This document shows positions 60,825-64,000 of a stretch of DNA of 64,000 nt, piece by piece; position 1 is the stretch's first letter, and each line of letters begins with the position of its first letter. The notes under the pieces are model-generated. The model made no database searches, was not told the origin of the DNA, and saw only the letters and a list, made by a program, of their open reading frames with translations. The translations under genes and the position numbers were made by a program. The DNA comes from Promethearchaeota archaeon. GTDB lineage: Archaea; Asgardarchaeota; Thorarchaeia; Thorarchaeales; Thorarchaeaceae. The stretch is from positions 64,001 through 128,000 of the forward strand of contig WJMJ01000046.1 in the NCBI GenBank assembly GCA_014728035.1. The letters are read 5' to 3'.

Positions 60825-61436
60825 TTATTTTTGAGAAACTACTCTTACTGCTACATGATTATGAATCATATTTTTCGCATTAGGCGCTGGAACCGAAGCT
60901 ATATCCTCAGCTTTGAACGGACCAAGTGTGGTTCCATCGATGCCAACACTCGCCGGAACATCGGTTAGAAATTTCAATGTTATATATTCGATTTCTCCTT
61001 CGGATTCAGGTGGCTTTTCCACGATATCATCAGTTGGACGAGTTTTGGAAGCTCTGTCAGATGAAACAGATCCAGCAAGCGATTCTTCTATGAACTTACT
61101 ATGAGCTTCCATTCCTCTAAGAACGCGATTATACAGCTCTTCTTCGGAGATTGTCATTAGACCTACTGGTCGCTTTCCTGCCAAAGCGGCATCAACTATT
61201 TTTCTACTTCGGATTTGAAGCAAATCACGAATCATAAATTCAAGATTCTGAATCTCTTGAGTAAAGAGGTTAGCTTGCAATTGATTATCAGCATCAGTGT
61301 GAGCAAGAGATAGACGTGTTTTTGATAGGTAGGAAATCATGTCGCCTAATCGCAAATCCTCAAGATCCCCTAATTCATCGAATTTTACTTCGGATTTCCA
61401 AATACGATATACATCATCATAGCTTAGTTTACTCAA
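60825..61436 (-). CDS. GINS subunit (Gins51/15 type)
   Basis: R.RKIV, MTISEEELY, C-terminal B domain VGIDGTTLGPFKAEDIASVP..NA; TTG start overlapping priS. Confidence 0.88.
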   Translation of the reverse strand: MSKLSYDDVYRIWKSEVKFDELGDLEDLRLGDMISYLSKTRLSLAHTDADNQLQANLFTQEIQNLEFMIRDLLQIRSRKIVDAALAGKRPVGLMTISEEELYNRVLRGMEAHSKFIEESLAGSVSSDRASKTRPTDDIVEKPPESEGEIEYITLKFLTDVPASVGIDGTTLGPFKAEDIASVPAPNAKNMIHNHVAVRVVSQK

Positions 61437-62865
61437 GATAAGCCACTCCTTTGCATAACAGGAATACTGCAGCAGGCATCGGTAACTCCAATGTTTCATC
61501 TCCATACGGACCAAATAATTCAGAGTCTATTTTGAATGAGGGAACTTTGATAATGCCACCAAGTGTACGAACCTTCAATGTACCCGTATTGAAAGCAATT
61601 GCATCGGAAAAGGGGTTGAAAGAGTCTATTTGCTCTCGGGTCAGTCTATTAACCTTGAAACCAGTCTTGCCATTTATACTGCCAATTAGCCGGATTACTC
61701 GCTTTATGTCATGTGTGACGGGTTCGTCAATATTTGCACCATATGCTTCAACTGCACGAACCGCAATTTCTTGCCAAGATTTTTCACCCACACCTCTGAC
61801 CTTGGGACTTAGTGTTGGTGGAACTTTTTTCAAGCCATGAATGGCTTCTTGCTTACTAGCTTTAAGAGGTTTCACCCATCTTTCTGTACCCGAATAAGTT
61901 TCAATATTACGTATGAATTCAATCATTGCCTCTGGAACGCGATTTGCCCAACCTGGAACACTCAGCTCTTTGATAGCAGAGGTTTGTAAGGGGATTTTCT
62001 CAGAAACCATTACCAATGGTGTTTTGTAATCATCAGCAGCGACCTTTGATCTAAGTGACGCAGTTGTAAAACCAGTACCTTGAAGATAATGAACAATTTC
62101 GACTCGTGCTGAGGAATCAAGAGAGTATATTCGAGGATCTTGAATACGAAGGTGATATCCACGATGGCCGCTATAGTTTAGCACAATATTCTCTGATGCA
62201 AACCCAAAATCCTCTGTAAGAAAAATGTCATACAATTTCAGGGTGTTCTCTTTTGCATCCTTCAAACAATCATCGCAAATCCATTTACGGGTGCTAAAGC
62301 TCGAACCTCCACAGGAGGAGCATCCTTCAGAAGGAGGTCTTCCGAGTCCAGCCTCGTCACAATCGGGAGTGTTGCATTTCCAAGAATCATGTCTATTCGT
62401 ACAATCAGAGTCTAAATGATCAGCATCGATATCGAAAACCAATTCAGCACCTTGCCATTTTTTTTCGTGCATGAATCGGGCAACCGGAGTTTCGTAAAAA
62501 GCTGCTGAATGATATACACTATGAGGTGCAGCTTGTACAAGTTCATGCAACAGAGCATCTCTATTCTGAAAACCTAAATGGCGTACCCAATTTGTCATCT
62601 GAATTTCACTCGAGTGACAAAAAGGACAGTTAGATAATCGTACATAAGAAGTTCCAGACCGACCACATCCTATTTCCTTTTGCTCACCAGATTCGGATAG
62701 GAAAGAGCGATTAGGACATCGCCAAGTCAGAGTAAGTAGTTCCATTCCAAACTCGCGTGTATTTAGTTTAGAGGGGATATCAATAAGGTCAGCATTTTCA
62801 ATATAATAGTCTTGAAAAGTAAGCTGCAGAAACTTCTGTTTTCGTTGAATGGGATTTATCGCCAT
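61429..62865 (-). CDS. priS: DNA primase small subunit
   Basis: REFG, RH, ELVFDIDADH, YSGHRGYH, IDEPVTHDIKRVIRL. Confidence 0.95.
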   Translation of the reverse strand: MAINPIQRKQKFLQLTFQDYYIENADLIDIPSKLNTREFGMELLTLTWRCPNRSFLSESGEQKEIGCGRSGTSYVRLSNCPFCHSSEIQMTNWVRHLGFQNRDALLHELVQAAPHSVYHSAAFYETPVARFMHEKKWQGAELVFDIDADHLDSDCTNRHDSWKCNTPDCDEAGLGRPPSEGCSSCGGSSFSTRKWICDDCLKDAKENTLKLYDIFLTEDFGFASENIVLNYSGHRGYHLRIQDPRIYSLDSSARVEIVHYLQGTGFTTASLRSKVAADDYKTPLVMVSEKIPLQTSAIKELSVPGWANRVPEAMIEFIRNIETYSGTERWVKPLKASKQEAIHGLKKVPPTLSPKVRGVGEKSWQEIAVRAVEAYGANIDEPVTHDIKRVIRLIGSINGKTGFKVNRLTREQIDSFNPFSDAIAFNTGTLKVRTLGGIIKVPSFKIDSELFGPYGDETLELPMPAAVFLLCKGVAYLE

Positions 62866-62929
62866 TTTTACTGCAACTCACAATTCAAGGAAGCAAATGA
62901 AGATTGATTTATTCTTTGTATTATAACAG

Positions 62930-63682
62930 TTATCTTCTTTCAACACGTGGTGCTAAGATAAAACTAATTCTGCCAGCTTCTGCTATTGAGAATTCCATGA
63001 GAATTGGTTTGTTCGAGCTGAATTGAATAATGACACTGTCACTGGCCATAGCTTTGGATATATCGGACAAGTATGTAATTGCATACATTGATGACGATTT
63101 CTTCTTGCTCTTCAAATCACACAATGCAGATTCTTCACCTGTTTTTAGAATCACTTCAGCTTCTCCTGTGTCACTATCACCAAGAAATGTTAACGAATTT
63201 TCATCTGCAGTTATTCTGAGGTAAGTTGAAACTACACTGATGTCTTTGACAGCCTGTTTAAACGCATCAGCAAAAAGTTCAGCTTGTACATCAAACTGAA
63301 TTGAGGGTTGTTTTGTACGTTCAGAGGGAGGTGTTAAAAGCTGAAGACTGAATCTTCGCTCAGCTTGTCCAAACATTTCAATCTCAAACCGGCTATCGGA
63401 TTCGTTATGAGTGAATACAAGCTTATCATCACCTGCCATTCTCTTACTGACTTTAGTAAGCTCATCAACTCCAAGACAGATTTCTATCTCACCGTCACAC
63501 TCAAATTCCTGAAATATTGCGGCAGGTAAATCAAGTGAGATCATTGCTGCTTTTGAGGAATCTAGTTGTCGCAAGGACATTCCTTTTTCAGATATTACAA
63601 AATGAGTTTCTGTCAGTAAAGTGGCTAAAGCATCAACTATTAGTTTCCAAGTCTTTGAACTATCAAGGGTCGCATGAAACAT
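62930..63682 (-). CDS. pcn: PCNA sliding clamp
   Basis: LDSSKAAMI, F..F.C, SMYAITYL, FILAPR. Confidence 0.95.
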   Translation of the reverse strand: MFHATLDSSKTWKLIVDALATLLTETHFVISEKGMSLRQLDSSKAAMISLDLPAAIFQEFECDGEIEICLGVDELTKVSKRMAGDDKLVFTHNESDSRFEIEMFGQAERRFSLQLLTPPSERTKQPSIQFDVQAELFADAFKQAVKDISVVSTYLRITADENSLTFLGDSDTGEAEVILKTGEESALCDLKSKKKSSSMYAITYLSDISKAMASDSVIIQFSSNKPILMEFSIAEAGRISFILAPRVERR

Positions 63683-63694
63683 CTTCTATCATCC

Positions 63695-64000
63695 TCAACT
63701 GATTTCAATATCAGGATTTAACTCAAGTGCCTCTTTGTAAAGCTTAACATCAAGCGAGTTAACATTATGTGCAAATGAAACAGCAATCATAAGTTCGTTG
63801 CCATCAGTACTTGTTCGTTCAACAACATCTCCAATAAGTAAATATTTCTCGTCAACGTTGAGAGTTCCTTCTACTTGTACTTGAATTGATTTATGCTGAT
63901 TTGGTTCATCCATTACATCCTGAACAAGTGCAATTCCTGCTTTTGCTTGTACAACAATACCAATTATGCGAACCGGACTTTGGGTTTCAGCAGTGATTTC
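63695..64000 (-). CDS. Small OB-fold protein, RPA14/RPA3-like (5' partial)
   Basis: Frame open to the window end: PVRIIGIV...LLIGDV...LDVKLYKEALEL C-terminal helix. Confidence 0.6.
   Translation of the reverse strand, partial: EITAETQSPVRIIGIVVQAKAGIALVQDVMDEPNQHKSIQVQVEGTLNVDEKYLLIGDVVERTSTDGNELMIAVSFAHNVNSLDVKLYKEALELNPDIEIS

Noticed and set aside
405-63702. Numerous short antisense or alternate-frame ORFs in the track
   Set aside because: They lie within well-supported genes and show no motifs

Overview
Archaeal chromosomal segment, most likely an Asgard archaeon such as Thorarchaeia. That is an inference from gene content (eS30, DUF1512, RPA14-like protein, Hdr/MvhD without mcr, multi-intron tRNAs), not a sequence match. 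Most of the window is core information-processing genes: elp3, rps30e, nop5-fibrillarin, rnhB, two map genes, dnaG, pelota, rps6e-aIF2gamma-PIN-rpoE1-spt4-rps24e-rps27ae, rpl15e-Rpp30-Pop5 and RPA14-PCNA-priS-GINS. It also carries pyrD/pyrK, an hdrC-hdrB-hdrA-hdrA/mvhD operon and a small accessory island at about 40.3-43 kb. Several features are absent from the ORF track: eS30 and eS31, the true 5' half of dnaG (no ATG/GTG/TTG start), a stand-alone 5S rRNA, tRNA-Trp with three introns, initiator tRNA-Met with a T-loop intron, a candidate box C/D sRNA and an eL15 leader. The three best candidates for undescribed biology are (1) an unassigned ~232-nt structured RNA with two K-turns at 14166-14397, (2) a 12-bp tandem repeat plus AT-rich tract between two divergent winged-helix genes, and (3) a coiled-coil/double-wHTH/ferredoxin protein encoded at the end of the Hdr operon. 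All structures were folded by eye; no searches were run.
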